NCBI GenBank assembly: GCA_977030845.1
Contig: OZ365111.1
Coordinates: 15,934,001 to 15,998,000 of the forward strand
Reading direction: 5' to 3'
DNA: 64,000 nucleotides
Origin: Fimbriosthenelais zetlandica
Lineage: Eukaryota
Numbering within the stretch: position 1 is the first letter of the stretch; every line of letters starts with the position of its first letter. A program made the position numbers and the translations under genes. This document shows, piece by piece, positions 62,901 through 64,000 of the stretch. A model generated the notes under the pieces. It was not told the origin of the DNA. It searched no databases and saw nothing but the letters and a program-made list of their open reading frames with translations.

Positions 62901-63366
62901 AAATTGTGTTAGTTTGTCTTTTAACATCTTGTCGCACTATGATATGTTCTGCAACAATAATTCTTTTACATGCGGCAACAATGATTCTTTACATGCTTCT
63001 CATCCTGAGACAAAAGGTCAGGAGACATGGCTGGCCTTTGATATCCCAGTTAGCAGCACTGGGTGAAAACTTACAATGGCAAAATTAAAAAATGTTTGGG
63101 AAATTGAACTGCATTCCCGCATTCAAGTCGAACACTATACCCCCTGATGTCATGTCAAAACTACAAATTAATTTTAAATTTAAATCTAAGTATTAAATCA
63201 CAAGTCGAACTCTATTAAGTTTAACTCACGTCGCAAGGAGTATCTCTGCAGGTACAGGTCTGGCATCCATGCTCGTTGTTCTTGAAGCCAAATTCGCACT
63301 CGTGCTCCATGGCGCACATGGGGACAGGACATGGTAGGGGCTGAATAGGGACTGGCCCAGAGTCGG
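59975..63366 (-). CDS. Type-I membrane protein with antistasin-like, Cys-rich and thyroglobulin type-1 modules, a membrane-proximal domain, a TM helix and a cytoplasmic tail (3' part only)
   Basis: Phase-consistent exons: 63230-63366 (CPVPMCAMEHECEFGFKNNEHGCQTCTC), 62795-62882 (CPEGEICTEHKVKCDKDFCPNQPKC), 62299-62541 (ECDASGDFKPLQCDATSVECWCVDDRG, TY motif), 61976-62063, 61503-61698, 60895-61101 (TM GIIAAVFGATMLILLFAIISF), 60457-60516 (ARRRK stop-transfer) and 59975-60055 (FSNQLY). The 5' exons and the terminal exon were not resolved. Confidence 0.85.
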
Positions 63367-63625
63367 CTGTAAGAAAGAGAAAAGATACATTTATTTTTAA
63401 AATCATACAATCCAATTATATTATTATATTCACTCATTCAGTGCAATTGGATGGCAGTTGAATCTTTGGATCCCGCTGTTCCTTTGATAGAAGCTTCTCC
63501 AGCATGCTAGATGGATAGACATTCTAAGTTCTATTAGGGAAAAAACGCTTGTAACTGAAAAATAATTAACTAACATTTAGGGGGGTTTATTAAAAAAATA
63601 AACACGACATAACTGAACCAAGTAA

Positions 63626-63754
63626 AGGGCGGAGTCCACCTATCCGATTATCGGGTCAAAATTGATCGGATCCGATTTTTGTAGGTCTTTTTGCCTACAA
63701 AAAATCGGATCCGATCGATTTTGACCCGATAATCGGATAGGTGGACTCCGCCCT
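63626..63754. mobile_element. PIF/Harbinger-like palindromic MITE with TAA target duplication
   Basis: taa|agggcggagtccacctatccgattatcggg...cccgataatcggataggtggactccgccct|taa; arms of ~60 bp are near perfect. Confidence 0.85.
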
Positions 63755-64000
63755 TAACACATAGACACGTACATTGACAAAAGCATATTGAACACTTCAC
63801 TGAACAAATTGAGGCATTTCAATCAAATTCCCAGACTTACACCAGATTTGAAAATGGAAAATTATTTCTCCTGATTTGCTCGGAACAAAGGGTCTACAGT
63901 TCACTACAAGGACGGACGGTCAAAGCAAAATAAAAAAGACGAACTAAACATATACTTCAATGGATTAATTCCACGAACAACAACTGGACTAAAACGACAT

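Overview
Eukaryotic genomic DNA: AT-rich, intron-dense, with one 150-N assembly gap. It is probably from a marine invertebrate; an echinoderm or hemichordate is only a guess from repeat style and XDH intron layout. Four genes can be reconstructed by hand from splice sites and reading phase. (1) A very large minus-strand low-complexity protein gene, at least ~2800 aa, with a 5.65-kb exon, running off the left edge and with an unresolved 5' end. (2) A complete 35-exon xanthine dehydrogenase (XDH) on the plus strand, 29328-50564, with a GT-AG U12-type intron 2. (3) A small DMAC1/DUF4536-like gene on the plus strand, 55454-56160. (4) The 3' part of a minus-strand type-I membrane protein with antistasin-like and thyroglobulin type-1 modules, ~59975-63366. 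Non-coding DNA holds LINE (L2/CR1-group) fragments, many palindromic MITEs, tRNA-derived repeats and minisatellites. The least explained structure is at 52.7-54.8 kb: a ~1.9-kb inverted repeat centred on a perfect 15-bp hairpin, ending in outward-facing tRNA-like heads and bracketed by ~90-bp direct repeats. Identities and counts are estimates by eye; no searches were run.
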